Positions 1 through 11,316 of a DNA stretch of 32,000 bases are shown one piece after another; within the stretch, counting starts at the first letter, position 1; every line of letters starts with the position of its first letter. Source of the DNA: Pararobbsia alpina (GTDB lineage: Bacteria; Pseudomonadota; Gammaproteobacteria; Burkholderiales; Burkholderiaceae); contig NZ_CADIKM010000031.1 in NCBI RefSeq assembly GCF_902859895.1, forward strand, positions 28,350-60,349, written 5' to 3'. Both the position numbers and the translations under genes were made by a program. The notes beneath the pieces are model-generated. The model made no database searches and had not been told where the DNA came from. It saw nothing but the letters and a program-made list of their open reading frames with translations.

Positions 1-33
1 CGGGGGAATGCCCCGTCAGCTCCCGCATAGGCC

Positions 34-2202
34 TTAGTGCGTGGCTTCCTCGGTCATGCCGTTGTGCCGGAGCAGTGCATCGATGCGCGGTTCCCGGCCT
101 CGGAAAGCCTTGAACGAATCCATGGCCGGCCGGCTGCCGCCGACCTCGAGGATTTCCGCGCGGTAGCGCGCGCCCGTCGTCGCGTCGAGTACGCTGCCGT
201 TCGCTGCGCTGGCCGCTTCCTCGAATGCCGCATACGCGTCCGCCGACAGTACTTCAGCCCACTTGTAGCTGTAGTAGCCTGCCGCGTAGCCACCCGCGAA
301 GATATGGCTGAAGGTGTTCGGCCAACGCGAGATCGGCGCTTGTGGGATCACATGGTATTGCTCGTTGATCTCACGCGCGAGTTCGGTCACGGTCTTGACC
401 GACGCTGCGGCGAGTGTGCCCGATGCATCGGTTGCCGCACCGCCGTCGAGTGGGTTCGCCGCAGTCGTCAGGCTTGCCGGGTCTTGCGTATGCACGCGCA
501 TGTCGAAGATCGAGAAGACGATCTGCCGCAGGGTCTGCAGGCCGCTCTGGTAATTCTTCGCGGCGACCATCTTGTCGTACAGATCGCGCGGCAGCGGTGC
601 GCCCGTCTCGACGTGCGAGGTCATCGACGTCAACACATCCCATTCCCAGCAGAAGTTCTCCATGAACTGGGAGGGCAGTTCGACCGCATCCCACTCGACG
701 CCGTTGATGCCCGAGACGGCGAGTTCGTCGACCGACGTGAGCATATGGTGGATGCCATGCCCGAATTCGTGGAACAGCGTGATCACTTCGTCATGGGTAA
801 ACAGTGCGGGCTTGCCGCCCACCGGCGCCGAGAAATTGCAGTTCAGATAGGCGACTGGCGTCTGCGTGGCGCCGCCGGGCAGCTTGCGGCGCGAGCGTGC
901 ATCGTCCATCCATGCGCCGCCGCGCTTGCCTTCGCGCGCATAGAGGTCGAGATAGAACTGCGCGACGAGCCGGCCATCGGGGTTCTCAACCCGGAAGAAA
1001 CGCACGTCGGGATGCCAGGTCTCGGCTTCATCCGCCCGGATCGTGACGCCAAACAAGGTCTGCGCGACATTGAACAGACCCTTTAGCGCGGCCTGCTCCG
1101 GGAAGTACTGTTTGATCTCCTGCTCTGAAAACGAATAGCGCTTCTGGCGCAGCTTTTCAGACGCGAACGCGATGTCCCAGGGCTCGAGTTCCGCGATGCC
1201 GAGTTCCGTGGCCGCGAAGGCGCGCAGTTCGAGCCAGTCGTTCTCGGCATAGGTGCGTGCGCGGTGCGCGAGGTCTTCGAGGAAGGCGACGACCTGGGCC
1301 GGCGAATCGGCCATCTTGGGCGCGAGCGAAACTTCAGCGAAATTCCGGTAGCCGAGCGTTTCCGCTTCTTCACGACGCAGTTCGAGCTGCTCGCGGACCA
1401 GTTCGGTATTGTCCCATTCGGCTTTGCCGTCGCCGTACTGCTCGCCGAGCTCGGAGGCGCGCGTCACATAGGCACGGTACATCGCCTCGCGCAGCGGGCG
1501 GTGCTCAGCGTACTGCTGGACCGGGAAATACGAGGGGAAGTGCAGGGTGAACTTCCAGGCCGTCTGGCGCTTCGGATCGGCGTCACGCGCGGCGGCTTCC
1601 TGCGCCGCTTCACGGACATCGTTGGGCAGGCCGGCAAGCTCGGTCTCGCGCGTGACCCAGTACGCATAGGCGTTGGTCGCATCCAGCACATGGTCGGAAA
1701 ACAGCTTGCCAAGCTCGGCCTGGCGCTCCTGCAGCGTGGCAAAGCGCGGCTTGCGATCTTCCGAGAGCTCGGCGCCCGACAGCCGGAAATCGCGCACTGC
1801 ATCGTCGATGACTTTCTTGCGTGCGGGCGACAGGCGCGCATACTCGTCGCCCGATGCGATTGCCTTGTATTTTTCGTAGAGGGCGAGATTCTGGCCAACG
1901 CTCGACCAGAATTCGGTCACGCGCGGCAGGTTTTCGCCATAGACTTTGCGCAGTTCCGGCGTGTCGGCGACGCCGTTCAGATGGCCGACGACGCCCCATG
2001 CCCGCGCGAACGGCTCGGTTGCGCACTCGAGTGTCGAGACGACGTTGTCCCAGGTGGCGGGAGTATCGGGCAAGGCGGCCTTGTCGACTGCGATCTGTGC
2101 GTCGGCAAGCAGCTTGTCGACAGCAGGCGTGACGTGTTCGGGCCGGATCTGGGCAAAACGCGGCAGGTCGGAAAAATCGAGAAGCGGGTTGGCTGCGGTC
2201 AT
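34..2202 (-). CDS. prlC: Oligopeptidase A (M3 family zinc metallopeptidase)
   Basis: ORF 34..2358 shows end-to-end PrlC/Dcp-like sequence with the HEFGHGIHH zinc motif and a FSHIFAGGYAAGYYSYKWAEVLSADA C-terminal block. Start moved to ATG 2202 (MTAANPLLDFSDLPRF...) because the 52 upstream codons are not peptidase-like. Confidence 0.9.
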   Translation of the reverse strand: MTAANPLLDFSDLPRFAQIRPEHVTPAVDKLLADAQIAVDKAALPDTPATWDNVVSTLECATEPFARAWGVVGHLNGVADTPELRKVYGENLPRVTEFWSSVGQNLALYEKYKAIASGDEYARLSPARKKVIDDAVRDFRLSGAELSEDRKPRFATLQERQAELGKLFSDHVLDATNAYAYWVTRETELAGLPNDVREAAQEAAARDADPKRQTAWKFTLHFPSYFPVQQYAEHRPLREAMYRAYVTRASELGEQYGDGKAEWDNTELVREQLELRREEAETLGYRNFAEVSLAPKMADSPAQVVAFLEDLAHRARTYAENDWLELRAFAATELGIAELEPWDIAFASEKLRQKRYSFSEQEIKQYFPEQAALKGLFNVAQTLFGVTIRADEAETWHPDVRFFRVENPDGRLVAQFYLDLYAREGKRGGAWMDDARSRRKLPGGATQTPVAYLNCNFSAPVGGKPALFTHDEVITLFHEFGHGIHHMLTSVDELAVSGINGVEWDAVELPSQFMENFCWEWDVLTSMTSHVETGAPLPRDLYDKMVAAKNYQSGLQTLRQIVFSIFDMRVHTQDPASLTTAANPLDGGAATDASGTLAAASVKTVTELAREINEQYHVIPQAPISRWPNTFSHIFAGGYAAGYYSYKWAEVLSADAYAAFEEAASAANGSVLDATTGARYRAEILEVGGSRPAMDSFKAFRGREPRIDALLRHNGMTEEATH

Positions 2203-2383
2203 GGTCGTCCTGTGCGAAAGGTTTTGCCGGTCGGGTTGCGCGGGAAAAAGCAGCAGGCCCGACATTACTCTGGGGGCGGATGGGCGGTTCTCAATACTCG
2301 GCGCCGATCCGCCCGCTGGCCAATTGTTTATAGCGAACGCAGTGATCGTGCCAGGCAATCGATGCGAGCACCGCTGAAGCCGC

Positions 2384-3241
2384 TCAAGCTGCTCCGGCCG
2401 CGCGTTCCGCCGCTTCGATCGTGTTGACCAGCAGCATGGTGATGGTCATGGGTCCGACGCCTCCCGGCACGGGCGTGATCAGGCCGGCCACTTCCTTCAC
2501 ACCGGCGAAGTCGACATCGCCGCAAAGCTTTCCTGCCTCGTTGCGGTTCATGCCGACGTCGATCACGGTTGTACCGGGCTTGACCATGTCCGCGGTCAGC
2601 AGATTCACCTGGCCGGTCGCGGCGACCACGATATCCGCTGCCCGCGTGATCGCGCCCATATTCCGGGTCTTGCTGTTGCAGATCGTCACCGTGGCGCCCG
2701 CGTTGACGAGCAGCATCGCCATCGGCTTGCCGACGATGTTCGAGCGTCCGATCACCACTGCGTTCGCGCCCGCGAGCGGCACGTCATAAGCCTCGAACAT
2801 CTTCATGATGCCGTAAGGCGTGCACGGCCGGAACAGGGGCTGGCCCGTCATCAGGGCTCCGGCATTGGCGATGTGGAAGCCATCGACATCCTTTTCGGGC
2901 GAGATCGATTCGATGACCTTGTGCGAGTCGATTTGTGGCGGCAAGGGCAACTGCACCAGAATGCCGTGGACGTTCGGATCGCGGTTGAGCGCATCGACAC
3001 GCGCGAGCAGCTCGGCTTCGCTGAGATCGGCAGGGTGACGGTCGTAGACCGAATGGAAGCCGTTTTCCTCACATGCCTTGATCTTGTTGCGGACGTACAC
3101 CTCGCTCGCCGGGTTGTCGCCGACGAGTACCACGGCAAGGCCGGGTTGGTGGCCGCGCGCGGTCAGTGCCGCGGCGCGCCGGGCGACATCAGTACGCAGT
3201 TGCTTGGAAAGGGCGATGCCGTCGATAAGCTGGGCTGTCAT
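2384..3241 (-). CDS. folD: Bifunctional 5,10-methylene-tetrahydrofolate dehydrogenase / methenyl-THF cyclohydrolase
   Basis: 285 aa with a typical FolD sequence ([16 protein letters not shown]..., [48 protein letters not shown]). Confidence 0.95.
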   Translation of the reverse strand: MTAQLIDGIALSKQLRTDVARRAAALTARGHQPGLAVVLVGDNPASEVYVRNKIKACEENGFHSVYDRHPADLSEAELLARVDALNRDPNVHGILVQLPLPPQIDSHKVIESISPEKDVDGFHIANAGALMTGQPLFRPCTPYGIMKMFEAYDVPLAGANAVVIGRSNIVGKPMAMLLVNAGATVTICNSKTRNMGAITRAADIVVAATGQVNLLTADMVKPGTTVIDVGMNRNEAGKLCGDVDFAGVKEVAGLITPVPGGVGPMTITMLLVNTIEAAERAAGAA

Positions 3242-3280
3242 GAGCGGAGGAAGATCGTCGAGAGCCCTCGATTATAACGA

Positions 3281-3332
3281 CCCGCGCTGGGGAAGCGCGG
3301 GCAGGGGAACGCTTGAACAGGCCGTTCCCCTG
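3281..3332 (-). terminator. Two tandem GC-rich hairpins downstream of the response-regulator gene (putative terminator, no U-tract)
   Basis: Hairpin 1 is CCCGCGC(3281-3287)/GCGCGGG(3295-3301). Hairpin 2 is CAGGGGAACG(3302-3311)/CGTTCCCCTG(3323-3332). They lie between the regulator stop (3354) and the folD start (3241). A TATAAT on the minus strand (3271-3276) follows them and could be the folD -10. Confidence 0.35.
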
Positions 3333-3353
3333 CGGATGCCGCCGGGACGGTAT

Positions 3354-3980
3354 CTACTTCTTCGACAGCGCAAGCCGCAGCAGGTCGGCGACCGTGTTGA
3401 CGTTGAGCTTTTCCATGATGTTCGCCCGGTGGGCTTCGACGGTCTTGATGCTGATGCCGAGGTCGTCGGCGATCTGCTTGTTGAGCCGGCCGGCGATGAT
3501 GCGCTCGAGCACCTGGTGTTCGCGCGCGGTGAGCTTGCCCAGGCGCTCGGCGGCGGCCTTCTGCACCAGTTGCTCCCCGCTTTCCGCACGGGCCTTGTCG
3601 AGCATGCGCTCGACCAGCTTGCGCAGTTCGGCTTCGTCGAAGGGCTTTTCGATAAAGTCCATCGCACCTTTTTTCATCGTCGAGACAGCCATCGGCACGT
3701 CGCCGTGGCCGGTCACGAAGATGATCGGCAACTGGACGTTGTCGGCAATCAATCGCTCCTGCAACTCCAGCCCGCTCATGCCCTGCATCCGTACATCGAG
3801 GATCAGGCAGCCGACTCCCGGGGGAGCCGATGGGTAGGCATCGAGAAACTGCTCGGCGCTCGCATACGTCTGCACACGATAGCCATTGGCCTCGAGGAGC
3901 CAGCGTAACGAATCACGGACGGCTTCGTCATCGTCTACGACGAAAACGGTTTCGGCGGTGGTGGTCACTGGACTGCTCAT
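3354..3980 (-). CDS. fixJ: Response regulator, REC + LuxR/FixJ-type HTH
   Basis: 208 aa. The receiver domain has DDDEAV and LILDVRMQGMSG (phospho-Asp) plus FIEKPF. The C-terminal LuxR HTH is LTAREHQVLERIIAGRLNKQIADDLGISIKTVEAHRANIMEKL. The symbol rests on my recollection that the Burkholderia cepacia complex fixLJ pair lies next to the pdh operon. The family assignment is solid; the name is less certain. Confidence 0.85.
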   Translation of the reverse strand: MSSPVTTTAETVFVVDDDEAVRDSLRWLLEANGYRVQTYASAEQFLDAYPSAPPGVGCLILDVRMQGMSGLELQERLIADNVQLPIIFVTGHGDVPMAVSTMKKGAMDFIEKPFDEAELRKLVERMLDKARAESGEQLVQKAAAERLGKLTAREHQVLERIIAGRLNKQIADDLGISIKTVEAHRANIMEKLNVNTVADLLRLALSKK

Positions 3981-6523
3981 AGTTCTCCCGTTGCGGTGGT
4001 GAGGATCGGTGCCTGCGTCCTGTCTCCAGACGGTGCCTCGGCGTCAACCGAAAGCGGCAGGCAGAAGTGAAACGTACAACCTATGATTCTTCCGTCGGCA
4101 GTGATGTTGTTTTCGACCCAGAGCCTGCCACGGTGCGATTCGATGATCGACCGGCAGATATTGAGCCCCATCCCCATCCCATCTGACTTGGTGCTGTAGA
4201 ACGGCTCGAACAGCCGCTCCGCCGTGGCTTCGTCGACGCCCGGGCCCTGGTCGACGACACTGATCACCACCGTGTCGTTGTCGATCCGGACCAGTACGCG
4301 AATCACGGCATCGAGCGCGTCGGGCTTGTGTTCGTGCATCGCTTCAGCCGCGTTCTTCAGCAGATTCACCAGCACCTGCTCGATCAGCACCGGATCGACG
4401 TAGATGATGGGCAGGCGCGCCCGCATGTCGGTCACGATCCGGATGCGCCGCTTGCGGGTCTCGAGTTCGGCGAGGCCCACCGCATCCGCAACAATATCGT
4501 TGATCTTCGCACGCTGGCGCTTCGGCTCGCTTCTTTTTACGAATTCCCGGATACGCTTGATGATCATGCCTGCGCGGATCGCCTGCTGCGAGGTCTTCTC
4601 GAGCGCCGGCAGCAGGATTTCGGGGCTGGTCTTGCCCGCGCGCACGAGTGCCGTCGTGCCGGAGCAATAGTTGTTGATCGCCGCGAGCGGCTGGTTCAGC
4701 TCATGCGCAAGCGACGAGGCCATTTCGCCCATCGTCATCAGCCGGCTCGTGAACTGGAGCTTTTCGTCTTGCTGGCGCGCGAGTTCCTGGGCCTGCTTGC
4801 GTGTCGTGATGTCGGTCGCGATCTGCATCTGCGCGAGGTGACCGTCGACCCACTGGATGTACTGGCGGCGCACTTCGAACCACTTCTGGATGTTCGGCAC
4901 ATAGACTTCGCGCGCATCCGCCGTGCTTTCGGTCAGCGCGGTAGTGGGCAGGCCGGCGTAGGCGTCGATCATGTCGATCGAGTCGCTCGAGACCTGTGCG
5001 CGGTCGAAGCCGGCGCCCGCCAGCTCGAGGTGGCCATCCGAGCGGATGCCGAACAGGTGGCGGTAATAGCGGTTCGCGAACAGAAGCTCGGTTTCGTCGG
5101 CGGCGAGCACCGAGACGGCGGCATCGAGGCTTTCGAGCACGGTCGTGAAGCGCTCGTGGGCGGCGGCGAGTTCCTCGCGGGCGCGCTTCGGCTCGGTGAT
5201 GTCGGTCATCGACGACATCCAGCCGGTCTGCCGGCCGCCGCTGTCGATGAGCGGGGAGACGTAGAGACGCGCGTGGAACAGCGAGCCATTCTTGCGGCGC
5301 ACACGCAACTCGAAGCCCGATGAGGGCGCCTTGCCCCGCAGCGTCATGTCGAGCTGGCGCTGCATCTCCGGATAGGCATCGCGTGGCCAGTACGGGAACG
5401 GTGCGTGCTTGCCGATGAGGTCAGTCTCGTCCCATCCGGTCATCCGGCAGAACGCGGGGTTCACGTGGGTGATGCGGCCCTGCAAGTCGAGCACGCGCAT
5501 GCCGATCAGCACCGAGTTTTCCATCGCGCGCCGGAAGAATGCTTCGGCATAGAGCGCCTGCTGGGCCTCGAAGCGCTGGCGGGTATGTTTCCAGAGGCTC
5601 CAGAGCGACCAAAGCACGAAGCACGAGAGGCCCGCAACCAGCCAGACCAGGGTGTTGTTCGTGAAGTTGGTCGCCTGCGGGTAGGCGTAAACACGTACCG
5701 ATACGCCGTGGCCCGGCGGCTCGAGCGGCAGGTCGTAGAACGAATCGCGTGGCAGGCGGGGGCGGCTCGACGAGGTGGCGAGTTCGCGCCCGGTCGGATC
5801 GGTGATCGAGATCTTGTATTTGGCCGAGAGCTCGGTCGGCAGTTCGTGCGCGAGGATGCCCTCGATCGAGAACACCGCGGCAATCGTGCCGAGATATTCA
5901 CGGTCGCGGTAGATCGGCGTCTGCAAGGTCACGTAGCCGCTGCCGAGATCGTCGTAGATCAGCGGCGAATAGACCGCGCGGCGCGCGGCGCGCGCATCGG
6001 CGAACGCGGCGCGTTCGGCGTCGCCGAGCTGGACTTCGCTCAGAGTATTGAGTCGCGAACCCAGCGCGGCGATCTCCGGACTGCTATAACGAACTTGACG
6101 GTTCGCGTCGACCCAGGTGAGGGCGATGACCTCCGGGTGGGCCTGGAGGACTTCGGTGGCCATCTGCTGGAAGTAGGGCTCGTCGTGACGGCCTGTCCCG
6201 ATATCGCGCGCGAGCGCCGCCGTGTGTTCCTGCGCGCTGGTCAGCGACAGGCGGATCTGCTGCTGCGCCCACGCGACGTTGCGGTACAGCGTGTCTTCCT
6301 GTTGCTGCTGTTCGCGCCGGTTCAGGCTCCAGAGAATCAGGCTCATCACGATCAGGAAGACCACGATCGAGACAACCGGCGTGAGGAGATATGAATTGAG
6401 CCACCACGGTCCGTATTGCCAACGGGACTGCAACCCACCAGGCCGTGATCCCGGAGAGTGGCGGGGTGAAGCGAGAGACCGTCTGGTCCGCGCGATAAGC
6501 CGTTTCATAAACATGGCGGACAT
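3977..6523 (-). CDS. fixL: Membrane sensor histidine kinase with periplasmic domain and two PAS-like domains (FixL-like)
   Basis: ORF 3977..6613. Kinase motifs are H-box HELNQPLAAINNY, N-box LLKNAAEAM, G1 DQGPGV and G2 GMGMGLNICRSI. Two TM segments (VVSIVVFLIVMSLILWSL and LVWLVAGLSCFVLWSLWSLW) bracket a ~220-aa periplasmic region. Two PAS-like blocks follow. The stop overlaps the regulator start (ATGA at 3977-3980). The start is uncertain among 6613/6523/6514/6508, and I chose 6523 (MSAMFMKRL...). Confidence 0.85.
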   Translation of the reverse strand: MSAMFMKRLIARTRRSLASPRHSPGSRPGGLQSRWQYGPWWLNSYLLTPVVSIVVFLIVMSLILWSLNRREQQQQEDTLYRNVAWAQQQIRLSLTSAQEHTAALARDIGTGRHDEPYFQQMATEVLQAHPEVIALTWVDANRQVRYSSPEIAALGSRLNTLSEVQLGDAERAAFADARAARRAVYSPLIYDDLGSGYVTLQTPIYRDREYLGTIAAVFSIEGILAHELPTELSAKYKISITDPTGRELATSSSRPRLPRDSFYDLPLEPPGHGVSVRVYAYPQATNFTNNTLVWLVAGLSCFVLWSLWSLWKHTRQRFEAQQALYAEAFFRRAMENSVLIGMRVLDLQGRITHVNPAFCRMTGWDETDLIGKHAPFPYWPRDAYPEMQRQLDMTLRGKAPSSGFELRVRRKNGSLFHARLYVSPLIDSGGRQTGWMSSMTDITEPKRAREELAAAHERFTTVLESLDAAVSVLAADETELLFANRYYRHLFGIRSDGHLELAGAGFDRAQVSSDSIDMIDAYAGLPTTALTESTADAREVYVPNIQKWFEVRRQYIQWVDGHLAQMQIATDITTRKQAQELARQQDEKLQFTSRLMTMGEMASSLAHELNQPLAAINNYCSGTTALVRAGKTSPEILLPALEKTSQQAIRAGMIIKRIREFVKRSEPKRQRAKINDIVADAVGLAELETRKRRIRIVTDMRARLPIIYVDPVLIEQVLVNLLKNAAEAMHEHKPDALDAVIRVLVRIDNDTVVISVVDQGPGVDEATAERLFEPFYSTKSDGMGMGLNICRSIIESHRGRLWVENNITADGRIIGCTFHFCLPLSVDAEAPSGDRTQAPILTTATGEL

Positions 6524-6800
6524 TGTAGCGTACCGCCCGCCCAAGCCCGAAATTAAAGGGATTGCGGCATTTTCCCGGGTTCCGTCGAAGGGGATTTTCG
6601 TATTGCAACGCACCAGTTTTTCGCATCGTGGGATGCGATCTCGTAATTTGAAAATAACGCTTGCTCAACGAATCCGGCGGTCTTTAAAATCGCTTCCGTT
6701 TGGATAGGCACGCGCGGGGCATGCGCGCCAGGTCCGTGAAACTGTCAGGCCGATCCGTTCAGAAGTTGCGATCGACTGAGCCTCTACCCAGGAGACAACG

Positions 6801-9491
6801 ATGTCTGCCGTACCCGAGGAAGTGCTGAAATACGTCGCCGGAAGCACGAAGGACGACGATCCCCAGGAAACCGCTGAATGGCTCGAAGCACTCGACGGCG
6901 TGCTGTCGAATGTGGGTCCGGACCGCGCGCATTACCTGATCGAGAAGCAGATCGAATTCGCTCGCGTGCATGGCGAATATCTGCCGTTCTCCGCCAACAC
7001 CCCCTATATCAATACGATTCCGGTCAGCAAGCAGGCCAAGCTGCCAGGCGACCAGGACATCGAACACCGGATTCGCTCGTACACCCGTTGGAATGCGATT
7101 GCGATGGTGCTGCGCGCGGGCAAGGACACCAACGTCGGCGGCCATATCGCCTCGTTCGCCTCGGCCGCGACGCTCTATGACGTCGGCTTCAACCATTTCT
7201 GGCACGCACCGTCGCCCGAACATGGTGGCGACCTCGTGTTCGTCCAGGGCCATTCTTCGCCGGGTGTCTATTCGCGCGCCTTCCTGCTCGGACGCCTGAG
7301 CGAGGAGCAACTGAACAACTTCCGCCAGGAAGTCGGCGGCAAAGGTATCTCGTCGTATCCGCACCCCTGGCTCATGCCGGACTTCTGGCAGTTCCCGACC
7401 GTGTCGATGGGCCTCGGCCCGATCATGGCGATCTACCAGGCGCGCTTCATGAAGTACATCGAAGCCCGCGGCATTGCGCAAACCAAGGGCCGCAAGGTCT
7501 GGGCCTTCCTCGGCGACGGCGAGACCGACGAGCCCGAATCGCTCGGCGCGATCGGCATGGCCGGCCGCGAACGCCTCGACAACCTCGTGTTCGTGATCAA
7601 CTGCAATCTGCAGCGTCTGGACGGTCCGGTGCGCGGCAACGGCAAGATCATCCAGGAACTCGAGTCTGAATTCCGCGGCGCGGGTTGGAACGTGATCAAG
7701 GTCGTCTGGGGCAGCCGCTGGGATGCATTGTTCGCACGCGACAAGTCCGGCGTACTGATGCGTCGCATGATGGAAGTCGTCGACGGCGAATACCAGACGT
7801 ACAAGTCGGAATCGGGCGCCTACGTGCGCGAGCATTTCTTCAATACGCCGGAACTCAAGGAACTCGTCGCCGACTGGTCGGACGACGATATCTGGAACCT
7901 GAACCGCGGCGGCCACGATCCGCACAAGATCTACGCGGCCTACGACGAGGCCCAGAATGCGCAGGGTTCGCCGACCGTCATTCTCGCCAAGACCATCAAG
8001 GGCTACGGGATGGGCGAGTCGGGCCAGGCGATGAACATCACCCATCAGCAAAAGAAGCTGCCGATCGATACGCTGAAGAAATTCCGCGATCAGTTCCGTC
8101 TGCCGATCACCGACGAGCAGATCGTCGACGTGCCGTACCTGAGCTTCGATGAAGGTTCGACGGAACTCGAGTACATGCGCGCCCGCCGCATGGATCTCGG
8201 TGGCTACCTGCCCGCACGCCGCCGTAAGGCGGAGTCGCTGCCGGTGCCCGCACTGTCCGCGTTCGAACCGGTGCTCAAGGGCACGGGCGCAGGCCGCGAG
8301 ATCTCGACGACGATGGCCTTCGTCCGCGTGCTCAACATCCTGTTGAAGGACAAGGCACTCGGCAAGCGCATCGTGCCGATCGTGCCCGACGAGTCGCGCA
8401 CCTTCGGCATGGAAGGTCTGTTCCGCCAGATCGGCATCTGGAATCAGGAAGGCCAGAAATATGTGCCTGAAGATTCCGACCAGTTGATGTTCTACAAGGA
8501 ATCGACAACCGGCCAGATCCTGCAGGAAGGGATCAACGAAGCCGGCGGCATGTGCGACTGGATCGCCGCGGCCACGTCGTACTCGACGCATGGCGAGCAG
8601 ATGATTCCGTTCTACATCTACTACTCGATGTTCGGCTTCCAGCGTATCGGCGACCTCGCATGGGCCGCCGGCGACATGCGTTCGCGCGGCTTCCTGCTCG
8701 GCGGCACCGCGGGCCGGACCACGCTGAACGGCGAAGGCCTGCAGCACGAGGACGGCCATTCGCACCTGTTCTCGGCCGGCATTCCGAACTGCATCAGCTA
8801 CGACCCGACGTTCGCCTATGAACTCGCCGTGGTGATTCAGGACGGTCTGCGCCGCATGGTGCAGGAGCAGGAAGACGTCTATTACTACCTGACGGTGATG
8901 AACGAGAACTACGAGCATCCGGCCATGCCGGAGGGTTCGGAAGCCGATATCGTCAAGGGTATGTATTCGCTGCGCAAGGGCGCCGCGTCGAAGGGCCCGC
9001 GCGTGCAGCTGATGGGTTCGGGCACGATCCTCAATGAAGTCATTGCGGCAGCCGCGCTGCTCAAGGACGACTGGGGTGTCGAGGCCGATCTCTGGAGCTG
9101 CCCGAGCTTTACCGAGCTCGCGCGCGACGGTCAGGAAGTCGACCGCCAGAACCTGCTGAACCCGCTTGCCGAGCCGAAGGTCGCGCACGTGACGCGCTTG
9201 CTGAAGGATGCGCAAGGTCCGGTCATCGCATCGACCGACTACGTACGCGCATTCTCCGAGCAGATCCGCGCCTTCGTGCCGGGCCGCTACGTGACGCTCG
9301 GCACCGACGGCTACGGCCGCTCGGACACGCGCGAGGCGCTGCGCCACTTCTTCGAGGTGGATCGTTACTGGGTCACGGTCACCGCACTGAAGGCGCTGGC
9401 CGATGAAGGTACTATCGAACGCTCAAAGGTTGCCAAAGCGCTCGAGAAGTACAAGCTCGACCCGGCCAAACCGAACCCGATGTCCGTCTGA
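6801..9491 (+). CDS. aceE: Pyruvate dehydrogenase E1 component (homodimeric type)
   Basis: 896 aa with an SD AGGAGA 6 nt upstream. The ThDP-binding motif is [12 protein letters not shown]...NCNLQRLDG. Full-length AceE-like sequence. Confidence 0.95.
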   Translation: MSAVPEEVLKYVAGSTKDDDPQETAEWLEALDGVLSNVGPDRAHYLIEKQIEFARVHGEYLPFSANTPYINTIPVSKQAKLPGDQDIEHRIRSYTRWNAIAMVLRAGKDTNVGGHIASFASAATLYDVGFNHFWHAPSPEHGGDLVFVQGHSSPGVYSRAFLLGRLSEEQLNNFRQEVGGKGISSYPHPWLMPDFWQFPTVSMGLGPIMAIYQARFMKYIEARGIAQTKGRKVWAFLGDGETDEPESLGAIGMAGRERLDNLVFVINCNLQRLDGPVRGNGKIIQELESEFRGAGWNVIKVVWGSRWDALFARDKSGVLMRRMMEVVDGEYQTYKSESGAYVREHFFNTPELKELVADWSDDDIWNLNRGGHDPHKIYAAYDEAQNAQGSPTVILAKTIKGYGMGESGQAMNITHQQKKLPIDTLKKFRDQFRLPITDEQIVDVPYLSFDEGSTELEYMRARRMDLGGYLPARRRKAESLPVPALSAFEPVLKGTGAGREISTTMAFVRVLNILLKDKALGKRIVPIVPDESRTFGMEGLFRQIGIWNQEGQKYVPEDSDQLMFYKESTTGQILQEGINEAGGMCDWIAAATSYSTHGEQMIPFYIYYSMFGFQRIGDLAWAAGDMRSRGFLLGGTAGRTTLNGEGLQHEDGHSHLFSAGIPNCISYDPTFAYELAVVIQDGLRRMVQEQEDVYYYLTVMNENYEHPAMPEGSEADIVKGMYSLRKGAASKGPRVQLMGSGTILNEVIAAAALLKDDWGVEADLWSCPSFTELARDGQEVDRQNLLNPLAEPKVAHVTRLLKDAQGPVIASTDYVRAFSEQIRAFVPGRYVTLGTDGYGRSDTREALRHFFEVDRYWVTVTALKALADEGTIERSKVAKALEKYKLDPAKPNPMSV

Positions 9492-9533
9492 GCCCCTTCC
9501 GAAGAATGTCGTGCGCAGCGTGTGCGTTGTCCG

Positions 9534-9555
9534 CGGCGACCCGTCCGGGTCGCCG
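9534..9555 (+). other. Intercistronic GC hairpin between aceE and aceF
   Basis: CGGCGACCC(9534-9542), loop GTCC, GGGTCGCCG(9547-9555), within the 103-nt aceE-aceF spacer. No U-tract, so it is more likely an mRNA structure than a terminator. Confidence 0.3.
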
Positions 9556-9594
9556 CCGACCGTCGCGATGCGCGTGACGCTGGAGACACGAACA

Positions 9595-11283
9595 ATGAGT
9601 CAAGCGATCGAAGTCAAGGTGCCGGACATCGGCGACTACAAGGACATTCCCGTGATCGAGGTGCTGGTTGCACCGGGCGATACGGTCGAAGCCGAGCAGT
9701 CGCTGCTCACGCTGGAGTCCGACAAGGCGACCATGGATGTGCCGAGCCCGTCCGCGGGCACGGTCAAGGAAGTGAAGGTGAAGGTTGGCGATACCGTTTC
9801 GGAAGGCACGCTGATCGTGCTGCTCGAAGGCGGTGCGGCCACTGCGCCGGCAGCAAAGAAGGAAGCGGCGCCGGCCGCGCCCGCGCAGAAGCAGGAGGCC
9901 GCGCCGAAGCAGGCGGCGGCATCGGCGCCGGCACCCTCCGCGTCGAGCGCACCGGCGCCTGCGGGCAGCGGGAGCATCGAGGTAAAGGTTCCGGATATTG
10001 GCGACTACAAGGATATTCCGGTCATCGAGATCCTCGTCAAGGAAGGCGATACGGTTGAAGCCGAACAGGCGCTCCTCACACTCGAATCCGACAAGGCCAC
10101 GATGGACGTGCCAAGCCCCTCGGCGGGCAAGGTCAAGTCGATCAAGGTGAAGGTCGGCGACAACGTGTCCGAAGGCACGCTGATCGTCGAACTCGAAGGC
10201 GCGGGCAGCGCCGCACCGGCGCGGGCGAAGGCTGAACCCGCACCGGCGGCGCCGGCTGCAGCACCCGCCAAGGCGCCAGCACCGGCCGCCTCGCAGCAGG
10301 GCACGTCGCTACTCGCCGAGGCGCCGGCGATTGGCGCGGGCGAGGGGAGCACGTATCCGAGCAGTCATGCGAGCCCGTCCGTGCGCAAGTTCGCGCGCGA
10401 ACTGGGTGTCATCGTCTCGCGCGTCAAGGGCACGGGCCCGAAGGGGCGCATCACGCAGGCCGACGTCACTGCCTTCGTGAAGGGTGTCATGAGCGCGCCG
10501 GCCGCAAGCGGTGCACCGGTCGCAGCTGCTGGCGGCGGCACGGGCGTGGGTCTCGATCTGCTGCCCTGGCCGAAGATCGACTTCACGAAGTTCGGTCCGA
10601 TCGACCCGCAGCCCCTGTCTCGGATCAAGAAGATCTCGGGCGCGAACCTGCATCGCAACTGGGTCATGATCCCGCACGTCACGAACAACGACGAGGCGGA
10701 CATCACCGAGCTCGAAGCGCTGCGCGTGACGCTGAACAAGGAAAACGAAAAGTCGGGCATCAAGGTCACGATGCTCGCGTTCGTGATCAAGGCCGTGGTC
10801 GCGGCCCTGAAGAAATTCCCGACGTTCAATGCGAGCCTCGACGGCGATACGCTCGTGCTCAAGCAGTACTACCACATCGGTTTTGCCGCCGACACGCCCA
10901 ATGGGCTGGTCGTGCCGGTGATCCGCGATGCGGACAAGAAGGGGCTGCTGCAGATCGCCCAGGAAATGGCCGATCTCTCGAAGCTCGCGCGCGACGGCAA
11001 GCTCAAGGGCGAGCAGATGCAGGGCGGCTGCTTCTCGATTTCCTCGCTTGGCGGTATCGGCGGCACACACTTCACGCCGATCATCAATGCACCGGAAGTC
11101 GCAATCCTCGGCCTGTCGCGCGGGGCGATGAAGCCGGTCTGGGACGGCAAGCAGTTCGTGCCGCGCCTGACGCTGCCGATGTCGCTGTCGTATGACCATC
11201 GCGTGATCGACGGCGCTTCGGCGGCGCGCTTCAACGCGTATCTCGGCGGATTGCTGGCGGACTTCCGCCGCGTGATCCTCTGA
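9595..11283 (+). CDS. aceF: Dihydrolipoamide acetyltransferase, PDH E2 (two lipoyl domains)
   Basis: ORF 9403..11283, with the start set at ATG 9595 ([17 protein letters not shown]). There are two lipoyl domains, each with [12 protein letters not shown], joined by Ala/Pro-rich linkers. A peripheral-subunit-binding domain ([16 protein letters not shown]) and a catalytic domain with DHRVIDG follow. Confidence 0.93.
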   Translation: MSQAIEVKVPDIGDYKDIPVIEVLVAPGDTVEAEQSLLTLESDKATMDVPSPSAGTVKEVKVKVGDTVSEGTLIVLLEGGAATAPAAKKEAAPAAPAQKQEAAPKQAAASAPAPSASSAPAPAGSGSIEVKVPDIGDYKDIPVIEILVKEGDTVEAEQALLTLESDKATMDVPSPSAGKVKSIKVKVGDNVSEGTLIVELEGAGSAAPARAKAEPAPAAPAAAPAKAPAPAASQQGTSLLAEAPAIGAGEGSTYPSSHASPSVRKFARELGVIVSRVKGTGPKGRITQADVTAFVKGVMSAPAASGAPVAAAGGGTGVGLDLLPWPKIDFTKFGPIDPQPLSRIKKISGANLHRNWVMIPHVTNNDEADITELEALRVTLNKENEKSGIKVTMLAFVIKAVVAALKKFPTFNASLDGDTLVLKQYYHIGFAADTPNGLVVPVIRDADKKGLLQIAQEMADLSKLARDGKLKGEQMQGGCFSISSLGGIGGTHFTPIINAPEVAILGLSRGAMKPVWDGKQFVPRLTLPMSLSYDHRVIDGASAARFNAYLGGLLADFRRVIL

Positions 11284-11316
11284 TGGCTGGCGAACCCTAA
11301 CGAGAAGGAAATAACC

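Noticed and set aside
2203-2358. N-terminal 52-codon extension of the prlC ORF, and similar upstream extensions of the aceF (9403-9594), IclR (16555-16770), tcyJ-like (18191-18418), Nudix (21729-21902) and ssuE (23997-24167) ORFs
   Set aside because: The extensions are not homologous to the respective families. They run through obvious intergenic or promoter DNA, and internal ATGs give canonical protein N-termini (signal peptide, wHTH, zinc ribbon, lipoyl domain).
37-2427. 349-aa and 387-aa plus-strand ORFs (37-1086 and 1264-2427)
   Set aside because: They are antisense to prlC, with no SD or domain-like sequence. The composition is a GC artefact.
6759-9347. 862-aa ORF on the minus strand
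   Set aside because: It is entirely antisense to aceE, which has unmistakable E1 sequence. It is Arg/Ala/His-rich and not protein-like, which is the typical high-GC shadow ORF.
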